64,000 nt of DNA from Hydrurus foetidus. Taxonomy: Eukaryota. A model generated the notes under the pieces. The model made no database searches. It was given only the letters and a program-made list of their open reading frames with translations, and was not told the DNA's origin. Positions 37,809 to 49,028 of this stretch are shown here, in pieces. The position numbers and the translations under genes were made by a program. The stretch spans positions 3,782,001 through 3,846,000 of the forward strand of contig UYFQ01000001.1 in NCBI GenBank assembly GCA_900617105.1. The letters are read 5' to 3'. Position 1 is the first letter of the stretch, and every line of letters begins with the position of its first letter.

Positions 37809-38867
37809 ATGAGCTTGATTCCCGTCACCATCCTTACCGGCTTTTTGGGTTCCGGCAAAACAACGCTTTTAAAGCGCATTTTGACTGAGGCGCACGGCCA
37901 AAAAATTGCCGTGATTGAAAACGAGTTTGGCGAAGAAAACATCGACAACGAAATTTTGGTCAATGACACGCAAGAAAACATCATTCAGATGAACAACGGC
38001 TGCGTTTGCTGCTCCATTCGCGAAGACTTACGCGAAACACTGCAAGTATTGGCCGAAAAAAAGCGCAAAGGCGAGCTGGTTTTTGACCGCGTAGTGATCG
38101 AAACCACCGGCCTGGCCGACCCTGGCCCGGTCGCGCAAACGTTTTTCATGGACGAAGAAATTGCCGAGCAATACCTGCTGGACTCCATCTTGACGCTGGT
38201 CGATGCCAAGCACGCCGAAACCCAGCTGAACGATCGCCAGGAAGCGCGCCGCCAGATTGGTTTTGCAGACCAGATTTTCATCAGTAAAACCGATTTGGTG
38301 GCTGAAGCGGAAGTCAAAGCGCTGATGCACCGCCTGACCCACATGAACCCGCGCGCCCCCCAAAAGGCGGTGCATTTTGGCGAAGTGGCCATTGCCGATG
38401 TGTTTGACCTGCGCGGCTTTAACTTAAACGCCAAGCTGGACATTGACCCCGATTTTCTCACGGCTGACGACCATGCCGGGCACGACCATTCAGGCCACAA
38501 CCATGCCGAGGGTGAGCATTGCGACCACCCGTCCCACGCTACAGAAAAAGGTCACCACCACGCGCATGACGATGACGTGAAAAGCTTTGTATTTCGCTCA
38601 GACAAGGCCTTTAGCCCAGCCAAGCTGGAAGACTTTTTGGGCGCGATTGTCAACATCTACGGCCCGCGCATGCTGCGCTACAAGGGCGTGCTGAACATGG
38701 AAGGCACCGAGCGCAAGGTGATTTTTCAAGGCGTGCATCAATTGATGGGCAGCGACTTAGGCCCAGCTTGGGCAGTGAGCGAAGCTAAAACCAGCAAGAT
38801 GGTGTTTATTGGCATTGACCTGCCCAAAGATATTTTTATGCAAGGACTTGAGCAGTGCCTGGTTTGA
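37809..38867 (+). CDS. COG0523 (CobW/YjiA) G3E GTPase metallochaperone
   Basis: GFLGSGKTT, NEFG, GCVCC, ETTGLA, SKTD and His-rich insert. Confidence 0.93.
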   Translation: MSLIPVTILTGFLGSGKTTLLKRILTEAHGQKIAVIENEFGEENIDNEILVNDTQENIIQMNNGCVCCSIREDLRETLQVLAEKKRKGELVFDRVVIETTGLADPGPVAQTFFMDEEIAEQYLLDSILTLVDAKHAETQLNDRQEARRQIGFADQIFISKTDLVAEAEVKALMHRLTHMNPRAPQKAVHFGEVAIADVFDLRGFNLNAKLDIDPDFLTADDHAGHDHSGHNHAEGEHCDHPSHATEKGHHHAHDDDVKSFVFRSDKAFSPAKLEDFLGAIVNIYGPRMLRYKGVLNMEGTERKVIFQGVHQLMGSDLGPAWAVSEAKTSKMVFIGIDLPKDIFMQGLEQCLV

Positions 38868-39109
38868 GTTAGGCTATTGCCATGTTTTGTAAAACGTGTA
38901 AATTGCGGTAGCGAAGTTTGAACCAAGCAACGTCAATGCAGGTGAGCAATAGTGCATAAAAAAGTCGTTAAAAATGCATTGATAAGCCATTCTGAGGCGC
39001 GCAAAAGGCGCGAACATGAGCAGCCGCTACAATCGCGCGCCGACCGAACTACTCAGCCGACGCCTACGCCCGGGCTTATCAAGGGGCGGCTTCCCAGAGG
39101 AGACCTTCA

Positions 39110-40330
39110 GTGAAAGCGCAGATCAAGAAATCTAAAACAGCAGCCAAGTCAGCGGTGAAAGCGCCCAAGGCGTTGAAGTTGCCAGTCAAGGCCGCGGCAA
39201 AAGCCCTGAAGAAGCCAGCAGCGCCGGCAAAACCAGCTGGCAAGCCAGCCCCTAAATTGGCAGTCAAGCCCGTTGTAAAAGCGAAGGCAATGGCCCCACC
39301 CGTGAAATCAAAACCGAAAGCCGCAGTGGTCGCCAAAAAAGCAGTTAAACCCGCCGCCAAACCGGTAGCGGCGAAAAAAGTAACGGTTGCCAAGCCGGTT
39401 CTGAAAAAAATGACCAAAACTGCGGCAGCGAAATCTGCCACTAACCTAGCGCCCACCGCGGCCAAAAAAGCAGTGATTAAGCCAGTAGCAAAAGCAGTTT
39501 CAGTCGCCAAGCCCTTGCAAAAGGTAAAAGCAGCTGCGACGGCACCCGTTAAGTCGCCTGCAAAAACCGCCCCAAAATCGGACCTGAAAGCGTCGGCAAA
39601 AACCACTGCTAAAACTCCAGTTGTGGCGGCTTCTAAAGTTGCCCAAAAACCGGTTGCTGTTGCGCCGGTGGCTGCGTTGGCCAGCGCGACGCCTTTATCT
39701 AACGGCTTGCCGCCACCGCCGCCCCTTAAACCTGGGCGCAGAAGCTCCTCTCGCGCTTTTGCGCACATGCCTCCACCCGCACCTATGGTGCCTACTCACG
39801 CGCCAGACGCAGCCAAAGCCAGTTACTCCACAATGATCGAACGCGTTATTGCACCGCCGCCCCATGTGGCCGCCAAAAAAGACCCCAAGCTAGCCAACAA
39901 CTGGAAAACCAAAGCCGCAGAGGCTTTGTCTGATGATGAAGTCAAGGCCATGCCCGACGCCGAATACATGAATGAAAAGCAATTGGCGTTTTTCAGAGCC
40001 AAACTCAGCATTCTCAAACAAGAAATCCACAACAGCGCAGGAGCCACCACCGAGCATTTGCGCGAAGATACAGTGGTGGTGCCCGACCCCGCAGACCGCG
40101 CCACGATTGAAGAAGAACACGCGCTGGAGTTGCGTACCCGTGACCGTGAGCGAAAACTGCTCAAGAAAATCGAACAGTCGATTGGCCGAATTGACTCGGG
40201 CGACTATGGCTACTGCGATGAAACTGGCGAACCTATCGGCGTGGGGCGTTTAATTGCCCGGCCAACGGCGAGCTTGTCTCTTGAGGCGCAGCAGCGGCGT
40301 GAGCTGAAGCAAAAAATGTTCGGCGATTAA
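39110..40330 (+). CDS. dksA: DksA with a long Lys/Ala/Pro-rich N-terminal extension
   Basis: YMN..QL, DPADRA..EEE..LELRTRDRERKL and YGYC; GAGGAG SD before GTG. Confidence 0.92.
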   Translation: MKAQIKKSKTAAKSAVKAPKALKLPVKAAAKALKKPAAPAKPAGKPAPKLAVKPVVKAKAMAPPVKSKPKAAVVAKKAVKPAAKPVAAKKVTVAKPVLKKMTKTAAAKSATNLAPTAAKKAVIKPVAKAVSVAKPLQKVKAAATAPVKSPAKTAPKSDLKASAKTTAKTPVVAASKVAQKPVAVAPVAALASATPLSNGLPPPPPLKPGRRSSSRAFAHMPPPAPMVPTHAPDAAKASYSTMIERVIAPPPHVAAKKDPKLANNWKTKAAEALSDDEVKAMPDAEYMNEKQLAFFRAKLSILKQEIHNSAGATTEHLREDTVVVPDPADRATIEEEHALELRTRDRERKLLKKIEQSIGRIDSGDYGYCDETGEPIGVGRLIARPTASLSLEAQQRRELKQKMFGD

Positions 40331-40368
40331 CAGCAACCCCTTTTTTCAACGACCAAACTCAGAGCGTC

Positions 40369-42258
40369 ATGGCCAAAGAAGACACAGCGCAAGGCATATT
40401 GTCCAAAATGGTCAAGTTCGTGCGCAACCCCGCCACGAGCTGGTCTGAGCTTGACAGCAAAGAATCTGACCGCGATGAGGCCGTGAGCAAGCAGTTGCTC
40501 AAGGAAATGATTGAGCGAAAGCGCAGAAACGATTTCGTACGCAAGCGCGAGTTCGACATGCTTCGCAAAATGCGCAAGCGCGAAACCCTGCAAGGCGACG
40601 ACCCGGGTGCCAGGCCCTCGTTTTTTCAAAGCAGTATGGCGTCCAAGCCGGATGACCGTGCGCAAACGATCAAAAAGATCGATGAGATTGAAGCGCAAAT
40701 GTCCATGCAGTGGTGGAAAACCAAGCATGGCGCATCTCCCGATGGATCGATTGAATCGGCAGATATGTCATCGAGTGGCCGTGCCACGCCACCACCAGCG
40801 CCGCTACCGCGCCGGCCGCCGCCGCAGCGGCTGGACAATTCGCTGCCCGCCAGCTACAGCCCGACTGAGCCAATAGGCCTGCAACGCATCGAGGATACGG
40901 CGAGACCAGTGGGGCCGAACCTGCAGTTTAAAAGCATCCCGCCGGTACTTTCCAGCGTGGTCAATGCTCCAACGCCTGTTGCTGCGACGCCATCTGCTAC
41001 AGCGCGCCCAGTGGCGCAAGAACCTCTTACCGCCAGGCCAGTTGCGTCACCTGCCAGCTCACCGCCTGCGCGGCCGCGAGCACCCGTCGTGGCCAAGCCC
41101 CGATCTTCTGGTTTTACGCACACCAACATCATGGCGCTGGATGTCTCGGAGATTGCGCACGACGCCGAGCTGGAAGAAGCGGCTATTCGGTTTGCCAACG
41201 GAGACAGCGCCGGTGCCGAGGCGGGCTTGCTTGAAATGTTGGACCCGGGCGGCCTGCGCGTGGGGCAGTCTGAAACTTGGATGATGTTGTTTGATTTGTA
41301 CCGCGCATCTGGCGAGCAAGACAAGTTTGAGTTGGCGGCGCTGCAGTTCGTGCAGCGCTTTGATCGCTCTGCGCCGCAGTGGTTTTCGCTTCCCGAAATG
41401 GTCAGGTCACTGTCCGTTCCATCAACTGCGCAGCGACTGCAAGGCCCGGCCGCGGACTGGGTTTGCCCTTCGGTTTTGGGCTTGCAAACGGTGGCCACAC
41501 TCAAAGCCGCAATGACGCGCGCTCCCATGCCTTGGCGACTGGACTGGAGCAAGCTCAAAACGATTGATCTGGTGGCTGTTGAGTCGCTGACCAGTGTTTT
41601 TAAAGGGTGGGCTCAACAGCCGGTGCAGCTTCGTTTTATTGCGGAGCCGCAGCTGCAAAAAGTGCTTGCCTCGGCAACGCCGTCAGGTGATAGTGATACG
41701 CCGCAAGAGTGGTGGCAACTGCGCATGGAAGTGCAGCGAGTCACTCATCGGCCCGATGAGTTTGAGCTGACCGCACTTGATTTTTGCGTCACCTTCGAGC
41801 TGTCGCCCCCGTCCTGGGAGACGGGTAAATGTGAATACAAATCCGTGGACTCTGAAGGCCAGGCAACGTCGAGCCACACCATCATTGGTGATGTGTTCAG
41901 AGATTCCATTTCGTCGATATTCAATGCCGCAGATGGCGACAGCTCGATAGATGTCCAAGGGTCACAGTTCGGCGGTAATGTGGCAACGGTGGAGTTGTCG
42001 GGTCAGATAGAAGGCGATGTGATAACGGCACTGGAGCAGCTCGAAGCCAAGCTGATGGGCGCTGACATCATGATCATTTCTTGCGCTAAGTTGATACGTG
42101 TAGATTTTTCGGCCGCTGGTACGTTGCTCAATTGGGTATCTGCCAGGCAAAGCGAAAACCGCGCTGTGCAGTTTTCAGACGTTAACCGCTTGATTGCTGC
42201 ATTCTTCAATGTGATCGGCATTACTGAACATGCCCGCGTAGTGGCCCGAAAAGACTGA
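40369..42258 (+). CDS. Conserved protein with a C-terminal STAS-like domain
   Basis: RKRRNDFVRKREFD N-terminus, Pro-rich linker, LIRVDFSAAGTLLNW. Confidence 0.75.
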   Translation: MAKEDTAQGILSKMVKFVRNPATSWSELDSKESDRDEAVSKQLLKEMIERKRRNDFVRKREFDMLRKMRKRETLQGDDPGARPSFFQSSMASKPDDRAQTIKKIDEIEAQMSMQWWKTKHGASPDGSIESADMSSSGRATPPPAPLPRRPPPQRLDNSLPASYSPTEPIGLQRIEDTARPVGPNLQFKSIPPVLSSVVNAPTPVAATPSATARPVAQEPLTARPVASPASSPPARPRAPVVAKPRSSGFTHTNIMALDVSEIAHDAELEEAAIRFANGDSAGAEAGLLEMLDPGGLRVGQSETWMMLFDLYRASGEQDKFELAALQFVQRFDRSAPQWFSLPEMVRSLSVPSTAQRLQGPAADWVCPSVLGLQTVATLKAAMTRAPMPWRLDWSKLKTIDLVAVESLTSVFKGWAQQPVQLRFIAEPQLQKVLASATPSGDSDTPQEWWQLRMEVQRVTHRPDEFELTALDFCVTFELSPPSWETGKCEYKSVDSEGQATSSHTIIGDVFRDSISSIFNAADGDSSIDVQGSQFGGNVATVELSGQIEGDVITALEQLEAKLMGADIMIISCAKLIRVDFSAAGTLLNWVSARQSENRAVQFSDVNRLIAAFFNVIGITEHARVVARKD

Positions 42259-42504
42259 CGCACCTACTTGACAGGCGTCTTGACGGCCCCCACGGCACGG
42301 GGCTGGCTGCAGGCTCCGGCTTTATTCTGATCAGGCACCCGCAAGCAAAGCAAGGTGTGCACTGGCACGCTGTCTTTTGGCACGTTTTAGCAAACCTGCG
42401 GGACTGGCGATATTTGCTGGCTTTCTGTGACCACGCAAATTCCTCAGCTTTCCAATTTTTCAACATTAAGTCAAACGTCAACGCAACACTTTCAGTGCCA
42501 GCGC

Positions 42505-42570
42505 TAAGTGCTTAATTTAGAACACTTTTTTCGCTTATGACTTTTTGAATTGTGCTCTAAGTGCTTGATT
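42505..42570. promoter_or_regulatory. Two IHF-like sites upstream of mraZ
   Basis: TAAGTGCTTAATT 42505 and TAAGTGCTTGATT 42558; the latter matches YAANNNNTTGATW. Confidence 0.55.
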
Positions 42571-42622
42571 TCATTGAAAAAATTTGTTTCAAAGCGCTTG
42601 CAAGCCAGAACAATCCTGATAC

Positions 42623-42657
42623 AGTGGGAGGAAGTGCAATTTAGTGGTAAAAAGTGC
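42623..42657 (+). promoter_or_regulatory. MraZ-binding direct repeats (dcw box)
   Basis: AGTG(G/C) at 42623, 42633, 42643 and 42653, 10-bp period; overlaps TTGCAA-N16-TACAGT. Confidence 0.8.
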
Positions 42658-42675
42658 TTTTAAGGATTTTTTGCA

Positions 42676-43104
42676 GTGTTTCAAGGTGCGTCATTTGTTG
42701 CTCTCGACACCAAGGGTCGGCTTTCAGTGCCGACCCGGCACCGTGACGTCCTGAGCGCGACGTCTGCCAGCCAACTCACTTTCACCAAGCACCCACACGG
42801 CTGCCTCATGCTGTTTCCCCGCAGTGAATGGGAAAAATTCAGAGACCGTATTGCATCCTTGCCTATGCAGGCGCAGTGGTGGAAACGTATTTTCCTGGGT
42901 AACGCCATGGACGTTGACATGGACGCCACAGGCCGGGTGCTGGTGTCACCCGAACTTCGCGCAGCGGCAGGCATTAGTAGAGATGTGGTGCTGCTAGGTA
43001 TGGGTGGCTACTTTGAGTTGTGGGACGCAGCCACTTACGCTGCTCAGGAGGCTGAGCACATCAAGGCGGAAATGCCCGATGTTTTTAAAGATTTTTCCTT
43101 TTAA
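42676..43104 (+). CDS. mraZ: Transcriptional regulator MraZ
   Basis: [10 protein letters not shown] and DATGRVLV duplicated motif. Confidence 0.96.
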   Translation: MFQGASFVALDTKGRLSVPTRHRDVLSATSASQLTFTKHPHGCLMLFPRSEWEKFRDRIASLPMQAQWWKRIFLGNAMDVDMDATGRVLVSPELRAAAGISRDVVLLGMGGYFELWDAATYAAQEAEHIKAEMPDVFKDFSF

Positions 43105-43113
43105 GACCGCTCG

Positions 43114-44031
43114 GTGACTGACGCATGGGCACACCGCACCGTCTTGTTAAACGAAGCTGTGGCAGCGCTTCGTATCATGCCGGACGAACACTACATAGAC
43201 GCAACGTTCGGGCGCGGTGGGCATTCGCGGCTCATCTTGTCGCAGCTCTCAACTGCCGGCCGCTTGACGGCGTTCGACAAGGATCCAGAGGCGAAAGCCG
43301 ATGCGCAAACGATTACCGACACCCGGTTTACGATTCGCCAGGAAGGGTTCAACCACATTGCGTCTATGGCGCCGGGCAGTGCCGCTGGCTTGTTGATGGA
43401 TTTGGGCATCAGCTCCCCGCAAATCGACAATCCAGCGCGTGGGTTTTCATTTCGGGGCGACGGCCCGCTGGATATGCGGATGGATACCACCCGAGGGCAA
43501 AGCGTAGCCGATTGGCTAGCCGATGCGTCGGTAGAGCACATGACCGAGGTGATTCGTGACTTCGGGGAAGAGCGGTTTGCTGGGCAGATTGCAAAGGCGA
43601 TTGATCGTGTCCGCCAGGTCCGCGGCCGGATCGAGCGAACTGCCGAGCTGGCCGAGATCGTGGCGAGCGCAGTCAAAACCCGCGAGCCGGGTAAGGATCC
43701 TGCAACGCGCACGTTTCAGGCTTTTCGGATTTTCATCAACGCCGAGCTTGAAGAGCTCAGCCAGGCGCTTACCGCGTCGCTCACAGTCCTAAAGCCCGGA
43801 GGCCGCTTGGTGGTGATCAGTTTTCATTCACTCGAAGACCGCATAGTCAAGCAATTTATTGCGGAGCACTCACGCGAGGTGTTTGACCGCCGCGCGCCGT
43901 TTGCGGCGCCCAAAGCAATGCAGCTGACGTCACTGGGACGAGTCAAACCCAGCGAATCTGAAATTACTGGCAACCCACGCTCGCGCAGCGCGGTTATGCG
44001 CATCGCCGAGCGGACTGAGGTGAGCGCGTGA
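43114..44031 (+). CDS. rsmH: 16S rRNA m4C1402 methyltransferase
   Basis: [24 protein letters not shown] and ISFHSLEDR. Confidence 0.97.
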   Translation: MTDAWAHRTVLLNEAVAALRIMPDEHYIDATFGRGGHSRLILSQLSTAGRLTAFDKDPEAKADAQTITDTRFTIRQEGFNHIASMAPGSAAGLLMDLGISSPQIDNPARGFSFRGDGPLDMRMDTTRGQSVADWLADASVEHMTEVIRDFGEERFAGQIAKAIDRVRQVRGRIERTAELAEIVASAVKTREPGKDPATRTFQAFRIFINAELEELSQALTASLTVLKPGGRLVVISFHSLEDRIVKQFIAEHSREVFDRRAPFAAPKAMQLTSLGRVKPSESEITGNPRSRSAVMRIAERTEVSA

Positions 44032-44393
44032 CCCGCCTTAACCTCGTGCTGTTGCTCGCCGTAATGGCCAGCGCGTTTTATTTGGTGCGAACCCAGTACG
44101 AGTCTCGTCGGTTGTATGCAGAGCTGGAAAAGGTAAACGCACAGTACGCCAAACTCGAAGCTGAAAACGAACGGCTGCAGGTTGAAAAGCGTGGTCAGGC
44201 GACGCCGCTGCGGGTGGAAAAGCTGGCGAAAGACAAACTGCAGATGCGCACCGTGACCCCCGCCATCACGCAATACATAGCTACGGTCGGTGTGGATGTG
44301 GGCACGACCAGTGCCGCAATGCCAGCGCCACCCGAGGTGACTTCTTCTGCGCGCAAGGCTTCTTCTGTGAGCGGTGCGGGAGCCAGGCCATGA
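44028..44393 (+). CDS. ftsL: Cell division protein FtsL
   Basis: TM plus coiled coil, RVEKLA..L.M; synteny. Confidence 0.9.
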   Translation: MTRLNLVLLLAVMASAFYLVRTQYESRRLYAELEKVNAQYAKLEAENERLQVEKRGQATPLRVEKLAKDKLQMRTVTPAITQYIATVGVDVGTTSAAMPAPPEVTSSARKASSVSGAGARP

Positions 44394-46132
44394 CCAAAAG
44401 CGTGCTCTATTCGTCAAGCCCTCTACTCGCCAGTAAAACGCCCGTGTGGCGCAGTAAATTTGTTGTTGCGGCAATTGCGCTGGCGTTCGCCGGGCTGGCA
44501 GGTCGTGCGGCGTATGTTCAGGTCTTTGGAAATTCTTTTTTCCAAAAGCAAGGCGAGGTGCGATTCGCACGCACGCTGGAGTTGCCCGCGAACCGGGGGC
44601 GGATTCTCGATCGCAATGGATTGATTCTTGCCTCGAGCGTTCCCGCACCAAGCATTTGGGCTATTCCTGAAGACGTGGATGCGACCAAGCAGCAACTGCA
44701 AGCACTGGCCAAGCTGCTCGACATGCCGCTGGCGGAAGTCAAGAAAAAGCTGGCCGACGAAGACAAGACGTTTGTTTGGCTCAAGCGCCAGGTCGACGAT
44801 GCCGTTGCCCAGCAGATTGCAGCGCTGACCATCAAAGGAATTTATCAGCGCAAAGAATACAAGCGTCAGTACCCTGAAGGCGAAATTATTGCGCATGTCG
44901 TCGGGTTTACCGACATTGAAGATCAAGGCATTGCAGGCATTGAGGTGGCCTACAACAAAGAGCTGGAGGGACGCCCCGGATCGCGCCGCGTCATCAAGGA
45001 CCGGCTCGGGCGCGTGGTCGAGGACACGCGTGAGCAAGTGCCACCAGTCGATGGGCATGATTTGCAGTTGTCCATCGACAGCAAGATGCAATTTGTAGCC
45101 TATCAAAAGTTACGCGATGCCGTGCTGGTTAACAAAGCAGTCGCGGGCAGTGTGGTGATGCTGGACACAGTCACCGGCGAAGTGCTGGCAATGGCGAACT
45201 ACCCAAGCTATGTGCCAGACAAGCGGCAAAACGTGACGAACAGCCAGCTGCGAAATATCGCGCTGACAGATACCTTTGAGCCAGGTTCAGTGATGAAGGC
45301 TTTTACGGTGGGCATTGCGCTGGAGTCGGGTCGGGTCAAGCCAGAGACGCCCATTCAGACCGCGCCCGGACGCATACAAATCACCGGTTCAACCATCTCT
45401 GATGCGCATCCGAATGGCGTGTTGTCAGTGCAGCAAGTGATTCAGAAGTCAAGCAACGTGGGCACCGTCAAAATGGCGATGCAAATGCAGCCCAAGGAAA
45501 TGTGGGACACGTTTTCGCAGGCGGGATTTGGGCAAAAGCCGCAGATTACTTTTCCGGGTGTTGTCTCAGGCCGCTTGAGGCCTTACAAAACCTGGCGCCC
45601 CATCGAGCAAGCCACCATGTCGTACGGCTATGGCCTGTCGGCGTCGCTTTTTCAAATGGCTCGGGCTTACACCGTGTTCGCCCACGATGGACAAATCATT
45701 TCAACATCGTTGCTTAAAAGCGAAGAGCCCGCCGTTGGCGTGCAGGTTTTTTCACCTAAAACCGCAATGGAAGTTCGCAAAATGCTGCAAATGGCCGCGG
45801 GCCCCGGCGGCACTGGGCAAAAAGCGCAAACCCTGGGCTATTCAGTGGGCGGAAAATCAGGCACTGCATTTAAACAAGTCGGTAAAAGTTACGGTACCGA
45901 CAAGGATCGCAAGTACCGCGGCTGGTTCGTCGGTATGGCGCCCATTGATAAGCCCAGCGTCATCGTCGCTGTCATGATTGATGAGCCGCGGGCCGGCAAG
46001 TTCTATGGCGGTGAAGTTGCTGCGCCGGTCTTCAGTGAACTTGTGCAGCAAGCGTTGCGCATTAAAGGCGTGCAGCCAGATATGTCTGTAAAACCGCAAA
46101 TCGTGACGCAGGTTGTCGAGGAGTCATTTTGA
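44390..46132 (+). CDS. ftsI: Penicillin-binding protein 3
   Basis: RGRILDRNG, EPGSVMK, SSN and KSGT. Confidence 0.96.
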   Translation: MTKSVLYSSSPLLASKTPVWRSKFVVAAIALAFAGLAGRAAYVQVFGNSFFQKQGEVRFARTLELPANRGRILDRNGLILASSVPAPSIWAIPEDVDATKQQLQALAKLLDMPLAEVKKKLADEDKTFVWLKRQVDDAVAQQIAALTIKGIYQRKEYKRQYPEGEIIAHVVGFTDIEDQGIAGIEVAYNKELEGRPGSRRVIKDRLGRVVEDTREQVPPVDGHDLQLSIDSKMQFVAYQKLRDAVLVNKAVAGSVVMLDTVTGEVLAMANYPSYVPDKRQNVTNSQLRNIALTDTFEPGSVMKAFTVGIALESGRVKPETPIQTAPGRIQITGSTISDAHPNGVLSVQQVIQKSSNVGTVKMAMQMQPKEMWDTFSQAGFGQKPQITFPGVVSGRLRPYKTWRPIEQATMSYGYGLSASLFQMARAYTVFAHDGQIISTSLLKSEEPAVGVQVFSPKTAMEVRKMLQMAAGPGGTGQKAQTLGYSVGGKSGTAFKQVGKSYGTDKDRKYRGWFVGMAPIDKPSVIVAVMIDEPRAGKFYGGEVAAPVFSELVQQALRIKGVQPDMSVKPQIVTQVVEESF

Positions 46133-47616
46133 CGACGCATCTTGACTCTCCGGTTGCGGCAGCGCAGTGGCTGCGGCAGCACGTGGCTGGCAGCTTGACA
46201 GTGGACAGCAGGCAGATTCGGCCGGGTGACGGGTTCATCGCGTGGCCGGGTGCGTCTGTCGATGCGCGACAGTTTGTTGCTGGCGCTCTCGGCGCGGGAG
46301 CGAGTGCTTGCTTGGCCGAAGCGCAACACGCATCACAGTACGAATTCAGCGATGAACGAGTCGCTTTGTATTCCGGATTAAAAACCGCAGCTGCACCAAT
46401 TGCTGCTGCGTACTACGACGATCCCAGCCGGCAACTGCAAACCGTTGCTATTACTGGCACCAACGGCAAAACGTCAACGGCGTGGTGGTTGGCGCATGCG
46501 CTGGAGCGGTTAGGGCGCAAGTGCGGTGTGGTTGGCACGCTCGGTGTTGGCGCGCCATCCGCCATGGTGTTTAACGGTTTGACGACACCCGATCCGGTGC
46601 TGCTTCAGCGTGAGCTCAGGCGTTTCGTCGACGAGGGCTTTGCAGCGTGCGCAATCGAGGCGTCATCTATTGGTATTGCTGAACACCGGCTGGATTGCGT
46701 GCAGATAAGCGTCGCAGTTTTTACTAACTTTACGCAAGATCATCTCGACTATCACCCGTCAATGGCGCACTATTGGGCCGCAAAAGAGTCCCTGTTTGAA
46801 TGGCCCGGTCTGGAATCGGCTGTGATTAACATCGACGACGAAAAAGGATGTGAACTTTGCGCACGATTAGAGCGCTCTGGCATTCAAGTGTGGTCGGTGT
46901 CTTGCATCAAGTCGGCTCGAATTCAAGCTTGCGATATTAATCAACATGCGGATTTCATGACGGTTGATTTTGTTGAAGGCCAAGAGCGGTGTTCGATTCG
47001 GCTCTCGACGGTTGGTCTTTTTAATGTCTCCAATATTCTTTGCGTTGTGGGTTCGTTGCGGGCCCTTGGCGTGCCGTTTAAAGAGGCGGTACATGCTTGT
47101 GCTGACCTACCGCCTGTTCCAGGCCGCTTGAATACTGTTGTGTCGGCTAGTGGACCGTTAGTGGTCATTGACTACGCACATACCCCTGACGCCCTTGAGA
47201 AAGTGCTAACCGCATTAAAACCAGTGGCTCAAAAAAGGGCCGGGCAGTTGTGGTGTGTGTTTGGTTGCGGCGGCGATAGGGACGCGGGCAAGCGGCCACT
47301 GATGGGGGCGGCTGTGCAAAAGTACGCTGACCAGATTGTTGTCACCAGTGACAATCCGCGCAGCGAAAGTGCTGATGCGATCATTAAACAAATTACAACG
47401 GTGCTGACAGGAGTCAAGCCGTTTCACGTTCAGTCTGATCGTGCCAAAGCTATCGCAGAGTCAGTACAGCTCGCCAGTTCAAATGATGTCATTTTGATTG
47501 CCGGAAAAGGGCATGAGGATTATCAGGAGATCGAGGGGGTCAAGCTACCTTTTTCGGACCAAAGCCATGCACAAGCTGCGCTAAGTTTGCGCGCTGCATT
47601 AAAGGCGGTCGCATGA
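46129..47616 (+). CDS. murE: UDP-MurNAc-tripeptide (mDAP) ligase
   Basis: TGTNGKT, DYAHTPD, GCGGDRD, DNPR and AGKGHE. Confidence 0.96.
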   Translation: MTTHLDSPVAAAQWLRQHVAGSLTVDSRQIRPGDGFIAWPGASVDARQFVAGALGAGASACLAEAQHASQYEFSDERVALYSGLKTAAAPIAAAYYDDPSRQLQTVAITGTNGKTSTAWWLAHALERLGRKCGVVGTLGVGAPSAMVFNGLTTPDPVLLQRELRRFVDEGFAACAIEASSIGIAEHRLDCVQISVAVFTNFTQDHLDYHPSMAHYWAAKESLFEWPGLESAVINIDDEKGCELCARLERSGIQVWSVSCIKSARIQACDINQHADFMTVDFVEGQERCSIRLSTVGLFNVSNILCVVGSLRALGVPFKEAVHACADLPPVPGRLNTVVSASGPLVVIDYAHTPDALEKVLTALKPVAQKRAGQLWCVFGCGGDRDAGKRPLMGAAVQKYADQIVVTSDNPRSESADAIIKQITTVLTGVKPFHVQSDRAKAIAESVQLASSNDVILIAGKGHEDYQEIEGVKLPFSDQSHAQAALSLRAALKAVA

Positions 47617-49028
47617 TGAATCTCGAGCAAGTGTTCAAGTTTGTCAAAGTGGCAAAAAGAATCGGCAGCGGCGCGATAGAGATCAGGCGGGTGCATACCG
47701 ACACGCGTTCGCTAGCAGCCGGCGATTTGTTTGTCGCGCTGAAAGGTGACACATTTGATGGTAATAACTACTTATCTGTGGCCAAGGCTCAAGGAGCAGT
47801 TGCAGCTATCGCTCAGGCGGGTTTGATGCAGGCTCAGTTGCCCGGCCTTGAGGTAGCTGACTCCAAGCTTGCACTTGGTGAGTTGGCAGCAGGTTGGCGT
47901 GCGCAGTTCGAATTGCCGTTGATTGCCGTTACCGGAAGCAACGGCAAAACCACGGTGACGCAAATGATTGCCTCGATTTTGCGGGCCTTCAAGCCAGGTT
48001 GCGCGTTTGCAACCGAAGGGAACTTTAACAACGACATTGGCGTGCCGCTGACCCTGTTGCGATTAACTCATGAGCATCAGATTGGAGTCGTTGAGTTGGG
48101 CATGAACCATCCCGGTGAAATCGCCTATCTTGCCGGCCTGGCTCAGCCAAGCGTTGCGCTGGTCAACAACGCGCAGCGAGAACACTTGGAGTTCATGGGT
48201 ACCGTCGCTGCGGTGGCGGCGGAGAACGGAAGCGTGCTGACCGCCTTGGCTGCGACCGGTGTTGCCGTGTTTCCAGCAGATGATGCCCATGCGCCTGTAT
48301 GGCGTGAATTGGCAGGTGCCCGTCGGGTCATGACATTCGCACTGGATTCGCCGGCCGATGTAACCGCGAGCGCGCACTGGGCAGCTAATGGCTGGCACGT
48401 GTCAGCAGATACGCCAGCAGGCAAAGTCGAGTTCGATCTACAAATCGCAGGACGGCACAACGTAAAAAATGCTCTGGCCGCTACCGCTTGCGCTTTGGCG
48501 GCGGGCGTACCACTGGAGAGTATTGCGAGTGGACTTTCTGCCTTCAAGCCAGTTAAAGGGCGTTCACGTGCTGCAAAAGTGAGCCTGCTTGACCACGCGT
48601 TGACGCTGATTGACGACACGTACAACTCCAATCCAGACTCCATGAACGCAGCCGTAGATGTGCTTGCTGATCTTGCCGGCCCACGTTTGCTGGTGATGGG
48701 AGACATGGGTGAGGTTGGAGCTCACGGCCAGCGATTTCACACCGAAGCCGGACTGTATGCAAAAAAGAAAGGTGTCGACTACCTTTTTACTTTAGGCGAG
48801 CTGTCGGCTTTGGCCACCGAGAAGTTTGGCGGCGGCGGCAAGCATTTTTCTGACATTAACCAATTAATTGCGGCTGTTATTCAGCGATTACCAGACGTCA
48901 GCTGCGTATTGATCAAGGGCTCGCGCTTCATGCAAATGGAGCGTGTTGTTGCGGCCATAACTCAACACGAAACAGACACCGCTGCAAAGAGCGAAGCAAA
49001 ACAACAGGACAACCACCATGCTGCTTAA
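47613..49028 (+). CDS. murF: UDP-MurNAc-pentapeptide ligase
   Basis: [22 protein letters not shown] and KGSR. Confidence 0.96.
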   Translation: MMNLEQVFKFVKVAKRIGSGAIEIRRVHTDTRSLAAGDLFVALKGDTFDGNNYLSVAKAQGAVAAIAQAGLMQAQLPGLEVADSKLALGELAAGWRAQFELPLIAVTGSNGKTTVTQMIASILRAFKPGCAFATEGNFNNDIGVPLTLLRLTHEHQIGVVELGMNHPGEIAYLAGLAQPSVALVNNAQREHLEFMGTVAAVAAENGSVLTALAATGVAVFPADDAHAPVWRELAGARRVMTFALDSPADVTASAHWAANGWHVSADTPAGKVEFDLQIAGRHNVKNALAATACALAAGVPLESIASGLSAFKPVKGRSRAAKVSLLDHALTLIDDTYNSNPDSMNAAVDVLADLAGPRLLVMGDMGEVGAHGQRFHTEAGLYAKKKGVDYLFTLGELSALATEKFGGGGKHFSDINQLIAAVIQRLPDVSCVLIKGSRFMQMERVVAAITQHETDTAAKSEAKQQDNHHAA

